From a virus (taxonomy: Duplodnaviria > Caudoviricetes), in IMG/VR virus record IMGVR_UViG_3300037506_000029, positions 1 to 27,173 of that record: DNA of 27,173 nt, one strand, 5' to 3'. Numbering within the stretch: position 1 is the first letter of the stretch; each line of letters opens with the position of its first letter. A program made the translations under genes and the position numbers. This document shows positions 1 to 7,872 of this stretch, piece after piece. The notes under the pieces were generated by a model. It was not told the DNA's origin, made no database searches, and saw only the letters and a program-made list of their open reading frames with translations.

Positions 1-28
1 ATGATTAGACTCATCCTGCTTTTACCTC
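1..28. repeat. 28-bp direct repeat, copy 1 (truncated by window edge)
   Basis: atgattagactcatcctgcttttacctc is identical at 1-28 and 323-350. Confidence 0.95.
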
Positions 29-65
29 AGCCGATGTACTTCTCTCCAACCTTGATCTAAAACAT
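22..65 (-). pseudogene. Internally deleted duplicate of the 344-595 gene
   Basis: Minus strand from 65 reads ATG TTT TAG ATC AAG GTT GGA GAG AAG TAC ATC (MF*IKVGEKYI), matching LFEFKIGEKYI at 595. It is joined after a few nt to the same 28-bp sequence that ends the 344-595 gene. Confidence 0.7.
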
Positions 66-99
66 GGCAGGCTCCACTCCCAGATACAACCAACGATCC

Positions 100-309
100 C
101 TACCTCAACCACGACCCCGACCCCGACCCCGACTCCGACCTCGACCCCGACTCCGACCTCGACCTCGACTCCGACTCCGACCACGACCTCAATCCCGACC
201 CCGACCACGACCACGACCTAAACCACGACCTCGACCTCGACCTCGACCCCGACTCCGACCTCGACCACGACCTCGACCACCACCCAAAGATTCGATTTGG
301 AAGTTTCAT
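100..309 (-). CDS. Small Ser/Arg/Trp/Gly-rich protein (MKLP family)
   Basis: MKLPNRIFGWWSRSWSRSES...; co-oriented with the operon; its N-terminus is shared with several other short ORFs in the window. Confidence 0.5.
   Translation of the reverse strand: MKLPNRIFGWWSRSWSRSESGSRSRSRSWFRSWSWSGSGLRSWSESESRSRSESGSRSESGSGSGSWLR
101..282 (-). repeat. Hexanucleotide tandem tract, about 30 units of (G/A)GTCGN
   Basis: Minus strand reads GGTCGA GGTCGT GGTCGA GGTCGG AGTCGG GGTCGA and so on. This tract generates the low-complexity PR/VG/SR ORFs seen in several frames. Confidence 0.95.
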
Positions 310-322
310 GAAGATCTAAATA

Positions 323-350
323 ATGATTAGACTCATCCTGCTTTTACCTC
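323..350. repeat. 28-bp direct repeat, copy 2
   Basis: Identical to 1-28. Confidence 0.95.
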
Positions 351-595
351 GGAAGAGAATGTCTCCAAATGGTAGCATCAACGATCATGGAAGCAGAAAT
401 CATCACATCATCAATAAAAGGTTCGATCTCATTCAACTTGCCTTCCCTGAGAGCGGTGCTCCATTTGCCAGTATCGTATACACAAGTAGCTTCTTCAAGA
501 ATCAACGTAGTCAACGAAGAGTGCTTGACTCTCCCGATGTAATAGTACGTCAGGGTACGAACAATGTACTTTTCTCCGATCTTAAACTCAAACAA
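344..595 (-). CDS. Small beta-rich phage protein (possible Sm/SH3-like fold), 83 aa
   Basis: TTG start at 595 after a GAAGGAG RBS. The pattern IGEKYIVRTLTYYYIGRV...LEEA..VYDTG.W...G.L.EIEP...IVDAT.W..LP resembles a recurrent phage hypothetical. The ORF is open upstream to 793. The fold is inferred. Confidence 0.6.
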   Translation of the reverse strand: MFEFKIGEKYIVRTLTYYYIGRVKHSSLTTLILEEATCVYDTGKWSTALREGKLNEIEPFIDDVMISASMIVDATIWRHSLPR

Positions 596-756
596 GGTAG
601 ACACTCCTTCTATTAACAAAGCATCCCACAGCATTGAAATTCCAGAAGGATCCCCAGAAAGAATCACTCCTTCAGCAATTCTTCTGGGGTCTGATCCTTC
701 TGGACACCTCAGTCCAAGATCTACTAACTCGTGCATGTCTTGCTCTCTTGCTGATA

Positions 757-1170
757 TTATAAGCAGGCTAAGGAAATTCGCTCCAGCTTCCATTCTCGCA
801 CGTCGTAATTAGTCCACAAGACTTCACATCGCTTGTCCTTCGTGGAGTGGATGGTACGGGGCGGACTCTTGTGCTTCCGCCATTTCGGAGCCGGATAGGG
901 TCGGTCTAACAGCTCGCAATCATAATTAGATAGAGCTACCATTCCCTTTACGGAACTCAAAACCTTTGATACCTGCTCATGCTGCTCATTGGTCATTTCA
1001 TGCTTGTAAGCCTTGGAGTCTCCCTTTGTCTCATGAACGTATGGTGGATCACAGTAGAACAAGGTTTTAGGCGAATCGTAGAGCCGGATAACGTCAATCG
1101 CTGGCCTGTTATCAATCTGGACTCGCAGCAACCTTTCTGCAATGTCTGGCAGCATATCGACGGAACCGAA
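757..1170 (-). pseudogene. 5'-truncated Dam/D12-class adenine methyltransferase (C-terminal part only)
   Basis: LPDIAERLLRVQIDNRPAIDVIRLYDS..LFYCDPPY...ALSNY...EVLWTNY matches the D12 MTase C-terminus. The N-terminal SAM-binding motifs are absent; the ORF start at 1257 runs through a pentamer tract instead. Confidence 0.8.
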
Positions 1171-1171
1171 T

Positions 1172-1262
1172 GAGTAACGTCGTACAGATCCACGCATTGC
1201 CTGACACTGCATGGCAGTGCCAGACAAGGATAAGATCCACAGTATCGCGAATGCCAACAGAA
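1172..1262 (-). ncRNA. 5-nt periodic tract C (candidate guide RNA, degenerate/truncated)
   Basis: 1226->1172 reads TGTCT GGCAC TGCCA TGCAG TGTCA GGCAA TGCGT GGATC TGTAC GACGT TACTC. The register is lost upstream of 1226. It lies just after the RAMP-like stop codon. RNA status is inferred. Confidence 0.5.
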
Positions 1263-1263
1263 T

Positions 1264-1916
1264 CTACTCCCACAAGATCACTTCAAACTTCCCATAGGAA
1301 GGCCGGTTGGTTCCAAACCCAACAGCAATCCCACCCTATGTAAAGACGTTCAGAAGCTGCTGCTCCTGGAGAGTCTTGTTTGGCCACAGGATCATCCGGA
1401 ACTCCAGTTCCCACGGCATGGGGAGAACAGGACGAACTTTGGGGTTGGGGATGCCCTTTTCCAAACTAGCCGTGCTCCGATCAATATATACTCCGCTCAA
1501 CCATCTCACCACGAAGTTTCCCAAATCGGATCGGCTCCCCCCTCCCTGGTGAAGATAATATACCTGGGCTCAATCGTAACGAAGGAAGCACAGGCAAAAC
1601 AAAAGGACTTGTACTTACGACTGTCCAGAATCCTTTTTGGTGCAGAATCGGTATTTTGCGCCGAGAGGAACGACACTATGTTCGCTGCCGGCAACACCAG
1701 CGTCTCGCCATCGTCCGGCAGGAAATACAACTTCTGCCACGCTTCCAATTTTGTGTCGTTGTCCCCCGGATACCTGTCGAACATGATCGGGGCCAGACCA
1801 CGAACTTTTATTCTGCGGCATATCTTCTCCCTAGTTCCCTGTTCGGTCCTAGTAAGAGGACCAACACCATTGCCGCTGCTTCCAACCTTCGGTTCCTAAG
1901 TTTTAGTTTTTGCCAC
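1264..1916 (-). pseudogene. Stand-alone RAMP/Cas7-like (Vipr-like) protein, about 215 aa, disrupted
   Basis: AAGGAAGG RBS and GTG start at 1916. The reconstructed protein has IKVRGLAPIMF, LVLPAANIVSFL, RPVLPMPWELEF and a C-terminal Gly-loop GGIAVGFGTNRPSYGKFEV. In-frame TAGs occur at 1896-1898 and 1336-1338, with frameshifts at about 1540 (G6 run) and about 1503. Confidence 0.7.
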
Positions 1917-1949
1917 AAACGACCTTCCTTTCAGTTTAGAATAAAGCCA

Positions 1950-2039
1950 CAAACTGGCCCTACCGGGCACTGCCGAGCGGCATCTTGTATCGCAGCAACT
2001 GGCACATCCCCGAAAGGCACGGTCTTTCCTAGCAGAGCC
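1950..2039 (-). ncRNA. 5-nt periodic tract A, 18 units (candidate guide RNA)
   Basis: GGCTC TGCTA GGAAA GACCG TGCCT TTCGG GGATG TGCCA GTTGC TGCGA TACAA GATGC CGCTC GGCAG TGCCC GGTAG GGCCA GTTTG; intergenic between sbcD and the RAMP-like gene. Confidence 0.6.
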
Positions 2040-2056
2040 CGGGCAGGTAAAACAAA

Positions 2057-3040
2057 TTAGCCTTTCTTATTCTCAACCTCTTCCTTTACCTGAACGATTA
2101 GATCCTTTACCTCCTTCCTTTCTATCTCTGTTATTCTTCTGTTCAGTATTTCCCAGAAATCTACTGGCCTGTCTGTAAGAGACATCAGATCCTCCACAAA
2201 CTGATGCTGCCCGTCCTCATCAGGAATAATAATCTCGGATTCAAGGAAAATATCCCCTCTTTTTGGAATTTCGTGTCGAAAAACAGATCCATCCACACGA
2301 ATCATTCCTATCCAACATTGCCTGTTAGTCTCGTCCATCTTTCTGCGAAGAAACCCGCCACAGTTGAGGACAGTAGTTCCATTCACATTTTCCATAAATC
2401 CATCGTGATTGTCTCCAAAAATAGCCACGTCGTACCCGAACAGACGACTTCTCCACTCTTGAACATGCTCACTCTTTGGAGCACCAACGTAGGAGGATCC
2501 TCGATCTTTCCAGATGTAAGAATGGATCACAGCTACGTTTGTGCAGATATCCCTTCCAGAATAGGGAGTTACTTCTATCCCCCAAGGGAACCCATGCAAT
2601 CGAAGGAAGCCAATGTCCACCGGATTCCCAGGTTCCAAGTTTGTGATCTTTCCTGCCTGAACCAACGTCCAGTAGGCAGATTTCTTTCTGTCCTCGTAAC
2701 GATGGTACGGAAGATCGTGCTGTCCAGGAACAGCGTACATGTGTGGTAGGTGGGATAGTGCCCAGTTAATCACCTCCGGAGGAGAATTCCATCTGTCAAA
2801 AATATCTCCAGCGCAGATTACTGGAACCTTGTGCATCTCTGTCAGGTAGCAAAGTTCACTGGTATGCTTCTGCATTGCCAGATACCAGTCCGGCTCGCCA
2901 CTGCGAGCGGCTGGAGGAGTATGGCTCAGGTGCAAGTCTGACACTGCAATGGCTGCAATGTTCCGCACAGGGGACACTGCTTCTTCAGGATTTTTTCTAG
3001 ATCCTTTTTTGCTTCGGAATAATCGTCCTTCGTCTGGCAC
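2057..3040 (-). CDS. SbcD/Mre11-like metallophosphoesterase nuclease
   Basis: Motifs SDLHL, AGDIFD, PGQHD, IHSY, GDNH; GGAGG RBS before GTG 3040 (alternative start 2968); adjacent to an SbcC-like gene. Confidence 0.9.
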   Translation of the reverse strand: MPDEGRLFRSKKGSRKNPEEAVSPVRNIAAIAVSDLHLSHTPPAARSGEPDWYLAMQKHTSELCYLTEMHKVPVICAGDIFDRWNSPPEVINWALSHLPHMYAVPGQHDLPYHRYEDRKKSAYWTLVQAGKITNLEPGNPVDIGFLRLHGFPWGIEVTPYSGRDICTNVAVIHSYIWKDRGSSYVGAPKSEHVQEWRSRLFGYDVAIFGDNHDGFMENVNGTTVLNCGGFLRRKMDETNRQCWIGMIRVDGSVFRHEIPKRGDIFLESEIIIPDEDGQHQFVEDLMSLTDRPVDFWEILNRRITEIERKEVKDLIVQVKEEVENKKG

Positions 3041-3840
3041 AAAGATTCCTCCAAAGAAGTTAGCTCTTTTAGCAGTTGCTGTAATCTTTCCTTGCTGCTA
3101 TTGATAGCATCTATCTTGCTTTTGATCTTTTCTATTTCTCGGAATCTGGATAGGAAAGGAATTGATTCCCTGTAAACCTCTCGAAGACAATCCAGTTCCA
3201 GAAGTATATTGTTTAAACGATCTCTCTTCCTTCTGGAACTTTCTGTCCTACCGGACAGGCCTTCTATTTCTTTCAGTTCTTTGTCTGCTTCCCCTACCCA
3301 CTCCAGGTCCTTTGCCCTTTTCTTTGCCTCCTCTAGCCTAGACTTACAGGAGGATTCTTCTACTTTGAATGATCTTATCTTGCCAGCAATACAGAATAGG
3401 GCGCCATCAATTGTGTTTAGATTGACTATGGAATTTAGTTCCTTGCTAATTTCTCCAGGAGAAAGAAGGAACCAGAAAGGATAGTCATGTTGAAGTTGCC
3501 AGTTGATGGCATCTACATTAAGAATGGATCGGAATTCATCCGGGACAGAAGTTCCAAGTGCCTTGAATATTCTGCCATCAAGTTTGCATAGGTTGGATTC
3601 CCTCCCCCTAGAACGCTGGAGGAAACTACCATCCACTTGCAAATGAACAAAGCAAGATTCGGAACCCCGTCTAATATAGGAAGATCCGGAGGGACGATTC
3701 GTTGCCAACCATTTGATAGCTCGAAGAATGGAGGATTTGCCAGAGTCTGTCCTTCCAATGATAGAAGTGATATGCTGATCAAATTCAATTTCTATTCGAT
3801 TATGACACTGAAAATTTTCCAGGAATAGTTTTTCAATCAT
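2926..3840 (-). CDS. SbcC/Rad50-like ATPase, N-terminal half only
   Basis: LENFQCH, Walker A GRTDSGKS, Q-loop-like LQHD, coiled coil and terminal CPLCG zinc hook; no signature or Walker B motif. Confidence 0.85.
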   Translation of the reverse strand: MIEKLFLENFQCHNRIEIEFDQHITSIIGRTDSGKSSILRAIKWLATNRPSGSSYIRRGSESCFVHLQVDGSFLQRSRGRESNLCKLDGRIFKALGTSVPDEFRSILNVDAINWQLQHDYPFWFLLSPGEISKELNSIVNLNTIDGALFCIAGKIRSFKVEESSCKSRLEEAKKRAKDLEWVGEADKELKEIEGLSGRTESSRRKRDRLNNILLELDCLREVYRESIPFLSRFREIEKIKSKIDAINSSKERLQQLLKELTSLEESLCQTKDDYSEAKKDLEKILKKQCPLCGTLQPLQCQTCT

Positions 3841-4051
3841 CGCCGCCGCCGGGATTCTTTTCGTAAACCCCGCCTGCTACCTTTTCTGGAGGGGAGTCAA
3901 CTTCAATAATTTTATCTATTAGTTGATCCGATAGTTTCTTGCAGATCTTGTACTCGGTACTGTTCCACGACATGGTTCGCATTCTAAACTGTATTGCAGA
4001 TAGCAATACATTCAGGGAAACACGATCAACTTCAATCGTAATGTTGTTCAT
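3833..4051 (-). CDS. Hypothetical protein, 72 aa
   Basis: MNNITIEVDR...; overlaps the SbcC start. The start was chosen at the TAATG overlap at 4051 (ORF open from 4084). Confidence 0.6.
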   Translation of the reverse strand: MNNITIEVDRVSLNVLLSAIQFRMRTMSWNSTEYKICKKLSDQLIDKIIEVDSPPEKVAGGVYEKNPGGGDD

Positions 4052-4200
4052 TAAATTACTTTGCTGGTATTTACTTTGTAACATCTATGGCAAGCAAGGG
4101 ATCTGCCACAAATGTATTGTCTTCATGAATGACATGTGGAGTAGTAGTGTGACACCCATGTTATTCTAAAAGACATAATAATCCAATATGGAAGTCTCAT
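4051..4200 (-). pseudogene. MKLP-family short ORF with internal TGA
   Basis: MRLPYWIIMSFRITWVSHYYSTCHS*RQYICGRSLACHRCYKVNTSKVI*; the final TAA overlaps the next ATG. Confidence 0.45.
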
Positions 4201-4284
4201 AAAAGAAGGCGGTTGCCACACCTCCCCAAGGATAGGAACTTCTCTTGCCAGATACACCGTGGTTAGAGTAAATGGTAATAGAAA

Positions 4285-4899
4285 TTAGGAGAGCGACGAC
4301 CCCTCGCTGTTCTCCTCAACCACCTTTTTCTCCACAGAACCGCCTGCCCACAACTTTACTGCATGAGGACTAACTGTAGAAAAGAACTCTTTCAATTCCA
4401 TCCCACCAATATATCCACAAGGAGGATATGCGATAATAATTGCAGGACTGATCTTACAATCCTTCTTGATGAGATCTACCACTTCCCTAGGGAAAAACAC
4501 CAGCGGTGTTCTGGTGTTTCTTTTCGTTACTAACAACCAGTGACTTATGCCAGCATCCTCTTTGTTCTTGATCAGTTTATCCACCCATATTTGATATAGA
4601 GGATTTCTCTTGTGAGCCCTTTCGGATATATCCACCAGATCAATGATGGACTGATTAGAGTACCCATGCTTTAGTTCCACCACAAATAGATTTGTGAATG
4701 GAACTCCGTCTGGGTCTATGGCAGTTATGTCCCCATACTGTCCAGAAGTTCTCCTATTCTTCTTGGATCTAACAGTTGCCCTCGCACCAGATCCTGCCGT
4801 TCTCCAGAATATATCGTCCCTCTCTCCATTCGTCCACCACTGAGACAGACGGGTACAAAACCACCTTTCAAATGCTGGGCCTTTTCTAGCGGCAGACAT
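4285..4899 (-). CDS. Holliday junction resolvase-like PD-(D/E)XK nuclease
   Basis: KGPAFER...RTAGSGA...GDI...VELK pattern; located next to recA. Confidence 0.8.
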   Translation of the reverse strand: MSAARKGPAFERWFCTRLSQWWTNGERDDIFWRTAGSGARATVRSKKNRRTSGQYGDITAIDPDGVPFTNLFVVELKHGYSNQSIIDLVDISERAHKRNPLYQIWVDKLIKNKEDAGISHWLLVTKRNTRTPLVFFPREVVDLIKKDCKISPAIIIAYPPCGYIGGMELKEFFSTVSPHAVKLWAGGSVEKKVVEENSEGSSLS

Positions 4900-4900
4900 A

Positions 4901-5953
4901 TCAACTGTACCTTGGCTTGCGAAAGACCTTGCAGGCTTCCTCTATTCTCTTCCATACCACTTGCACCAAGGAAAACAATTCCTGTTCATTGTCGTTGCTT
5001 TCTATGAAGTCAATCAGATCCTCCTGATTATCAAACATTCCAAAATCTCCAGCGTTGATCTTCCTTCCTTCCTTTTTCCACTCTCCCTCTTCTATCAGGA
5101 AGTCTACACAAGATCCTGTATTATCAAACCCCAAAGAAGGATAGAACGGAACGCACACCGAGGGCTCCCAGCCTGTCTGTCTGTTCTTCCTCACCTGGAT
5201 TTGTAATACAGATCCAATCTTGTGCGACCTTCCATTAACTTCCTTCTTGATAGTCTCTCGAATGCTAAACCACGCCTCTTCGGCAGCAAAGAACTTTAGC
5301 GCCCTTCCCCCAGCCCTTGTTTTCTTTTCTCCAAATGGAACAGCATCTAACCTGTCTATGGTCTGACAAATGATCATGAGGATGCTTCCAGTATCCTCCA
5401 GTTCCCTCATCGTTCTTCGAAGTCCCTGCTTGATCTGCTTAGCCTTCTCTGCTCCATAAGAAGCGGGGACTTTCTTTCCCTTTTCCCTGGCAGCCTTTTG
5501 CCTCTCGTACAGTTCCTGATCTGCTGCACAGTCCAGAGCATCAGAACTATCTAGCACCCTGATAAATGGACTCTTCCCCTTCAGATCGTCATACATCCCA
5601 TCGAAAAATTCCTCGACATTTGACGAGTGGTTAACCTCTATTCTCGTTGATAGTTTTCCAAAAAACTTCTCCATATCCATCAAGGCCCCGCCCTCCACGT
5701 CATCGTAGATCAGGCGGTATTCGTCATACTGTTTGTTGTACGCCGCCTCTGCCATAGTGGACAGGGACAGGAAAGTCTTGCCGCTGGCGGAATCTCCTAC
5801 CAGAAGATAGTATTTTCCAGGAAGAATTCCATGGTCAATCTGGCCAGAAAAGGCCAGATTGACCATGGAGCACCCCGTACTCAATCCTGATGGGGTATCT
5901 CTCTCCTTGGCTTTCCTTTGTCCCTTGAGAGTTTTCTTGATCTCATCAATCAT
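4901..5953 (-). CDS. recA: RecA/UvsX-like recombinase
   Basis: LSTG, Walker A GDSASGKT, DVEG, VLDS, GGRALKFFA, VRKNR. Confidence 0.9.
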   Translation of the reverse strand: MIDEIKKTLKGQRKAKERDTPSGLSTGCSMVNLAFSGQIDHGILPGKYYLLVGDSASGKTFLSLSTMAEAAYNKQYDEYRLIYDDVEGGALMDMEKFFGKLSTRIEVNHSSNVEEFFDGMYDDLKGKSPFIRVLDSSDALDCAADQELYERQKAAREKGKKVPASYGAEKAKQIKQGLRRTMRELEDTGSILMIICQTIDRLDAVPFGEKKTRAGGRALKFFAAEEAWFSIRETIKKEVNGRSHKIGSVLQIQVRKNRQTGWEPSVCVPFYPSLGFDNTGSCVDFLIEEGEWKKEGRKINAGDFGMFDNQEDLIDFIESNDNEQELFSLVQVVWKRIEEACKVFRKPRYS

Positions 5954-5959
5954 AAAAGC

Positions 5960-6049
5960 AAACCTTGACTAGCAGAGCATTGCAATGCCCGACCACGCAG
6001 AGCAAAGTCCATCAGTAACTCGCAGCGCCAAGCATAGCAGTGCTTCCCA
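5960..6049 (-). ncRNA. 5-nt periodic tract B, 18 units (candidate guide RNA)
   Basis: TGGGA AGCAC TGCTA TGCTT GGCGC TGCGA GTTAC TGATG GACTT TGCTC TGCGT GGTCG GGCAT TGCAA TGCTC TGCTA GTCAA GGTTT; fills the SSB-recA intergenic gap. Confidence 0.65.
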
Positions 6050-6052
6050 AAA

Positions 6053-7237
6053 CTATCCTCGCTTCTTTTTCTTCACAGGAAGATCCTCCTCTTCTTTTTC
6101 TTCAGGCTCATCCTCCCACAAGTCATTATCCTCTCTCCAACCATCCCCATCATCTTCCTCTGGATCTTCCCTGGTCTTCTTGGAAGAAGAAACCTTCTGC
6201 ACATCGGCAGGAGCAACCCCACGACTCCGAGAATCGTCATCAATTCCTGCCAAGGTAAGGGAGGTTCCATCCCCAGAGATGGCCATGATCATGTATTCCT
6301 TACCGTCATACTTGACCTTCTGACCAACTTCCAGATCAAGATCCTCTGCTGTTGGACCAGCAGATTCCTTCTTATCCTCAACTTCTGATCGTCTCGTAGC
6401 ACCAACAGATCCCGATGGGATCTTTGCAGAATGGGTACTCCGGATCTCTTCTCTGTGCCCAACCCCGTTTTCTGACGACTGTCCGTTGTCAATCGCCAAA
6501 GGCTCCTGCAAAAAAATCCTCTTGAGTTCATCATAGGAATACTCGACAAGACAATTATCCAAACACACCGCATCCTCGACAATATCAAAATCGTATTGCC
6601 GGTCCCGCTCATCGAATTCAAGGGCAGTCACACGATTGTACTTACCTCCTGGATACTTGTCTTCCTCCACCTTGATCACAATGGTCAATCCCCTCTCAGG
6701 ATCATGGAAGTCATCAAACTTCTTGGACATCTGAAGTTTGTCCTTCAGCATCTTGCCGAAGGAAGGGTATTTCACAGACCCAAAGGTGGTATCTAGTACT
6801 TGGATACCCTTCTTCTTTTCTGTCTCATCCGACACATCGATCACATTAAACAGGTGCCTCTGCTGTGGACGCAGCCCGTCCAGTAATTGCCTGTCAGCAG
6901 TTCCACCGTTCTTCTTGACCCAATCGAAGATCGGATCTGGCTTCCCAAAGGTATCTCTCAGCGATACATACCTCTGGTTCTTGCCGTTAGGCATAGGGAT
7001 CTTGTAGCACCAGTACGTTCTCTCGAAGTGCAAGAACCCCTCATCAGCACACGGATTCCCTCTGCCAACGTAGTAAGGGATCACATCCAACCGCATAATC
7101 CCAGATCTAAGTTGGAGGAAGGTCTTTCCTTCCGGCAGTTTAATGCTGGTGGGCTCGTAAACTCTCTCCTGTTGATCCGCCCACGCTCTGCCAGAAGTTC
7201 TGCGAGTCTGCGCCTCTGCCTTTCGCTTCTCAACCAT
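6053..7237 (-). CDS. gp32-like single-stranded DNA-binding protein
   Basis: LDVIPY, KPDPI, RHLFNVID, FHDPERGLTIVI resemble the gp32-like core; acidic tail; position between UvsY-like and RecA. Confidence 0.7.
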   Translation of the reverse strand: MVEKRKAEAQTRRTSGRAWADQQERVYEPTSIKLPEGKTFLQLRSGIMRLDVIPYYVGRGNPCADEGFLHFERTYWCYKIPMPNGKNQRYVSLRDTFGKPDPIFDWVKKNGGTADRQLLDGLRPQQRHLFNVIDVSDETEKKKGIQVLDTTFGSVKYPSFGKMLKDKLQMSKKFDDFHDPERGLTIVIKVEEDKYPGGKYNRVTALEFDERDRQYDFDIVEDAVCLDNCLVEYSYDELKRIFLQEPLAIDNGQSSENGVGHREEIRSTHSAKIPSGSVGATRRSEVEDKKESAGPTAEDLDLEVGQKVKYDGKEYMIMAISGDGTSLTLAGIDDDSRSRGVAPADVQKVSSSKKTREDPEEDDGDGWREDNDLWEDEPEEKEEEDLPVKKKKRG

Positions 7238-7239
7238 AA

Positions 7240-7716
7240 CTACTTACCTCCCTTTGATTTGAATGCATTACGGGCTTCAACATCAAACATCTTCTTCCCT
7301 GCTTCTCCAGAGACTCGGGGCTCAGCATAGTAATCAGCAAGCCACAGCTGCACCAGATTCTCCAAAGTCCGCTTCCTGTCATCGATAGCGTCCAGGTATG
7401 CCTGAATCACATCAACATTATGCTTGGCAACCAGAGAGGCTTCCACTGCCTTCTGATACTCAGGCTGCACCAGAACAGTAGCCTTTACAGCCCCTTCTGT
7501 TACCTTTTCCAGATCAAAATGAGATGGATTTTTGCGGATCGAAAGCTCGATTTCGGCTTCGACCACATTAAGATTTGCCTTGGCCCGATCATGTTCCTTC
7601 CGTGCTTCTGCCAGTTTTTCTCCCCACTCTCTGCGAAGCCTTGGCTGAAGCAACCACTCCTCGTCCAGTCGGTGCCTGTCCAAATCAAATACTTCATTTT
7701 GCATAGAAGACTGCAT
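7240..7716 (-). CDS. UvsY-like recombination mediator (helical)
   Basis: Coiled coil with LDEEWLLQP...KVTEGAVKATV...DAIDDRKRTLENLV; synteny with SSB and RecA. Confidence 0.6.
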   Translation of the reverse strand: MQSSMQNEVFDLDRHRLDEEWLLQPRLRREWGEKLAEARKEHDRAKANLNVVEAEIELSIRKNPSHFDLEKVTEGAVKATVLVQPEYQKAVEASLVAKHNVDVIQAYLDAIDDRKRTLENLVQLWLADYYAEPRVSGEAGKKMFDVEARNAFKSKGGK

Positions 7717-7811
7717 CTGATGTCTCTAAAAGAAGACCATGATTAAGCATGGACGCAATACGCTTCTCGTTCGATCCCCTTACCCATTTGAGTGTTGCCC
7801 TGTCTCGAAGT

Positions 7812-7837
7812 ATTATAAGCGCCTATCCCAGAGTCAA
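7812..7837 (-). promoter_or_regulatory. Possible promoter for the recombination genes
   Basis: TTGACT-14 nt-TATAAT with an upstream A-tract in an intergenic gap; the spacer is shorter than the canonical 17. Confidence 0.35.
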
Positions 7838-7872
7838 CACATACTTTTTTCTAGTTTTCTTGGATTCTTTCA

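Noticed and set aside
11-330. PR-rich (+) and VG-rich (-) ORFs
   Set aside because: These are alternative readings of the hexamer tract; only the MKLP frame has paralogous support.
1-350. CRISPR array from the 28-bp repeat
   Set aside because: Only two copies, 322 bp apart, explained by gene duplication.
757-1257. Full 166-aa protein with a signal-peptide-like N-terminus
   Set aside because: The first ~30 codons are pentamer tract C read in frame; MTase similarity starts at about 1170.
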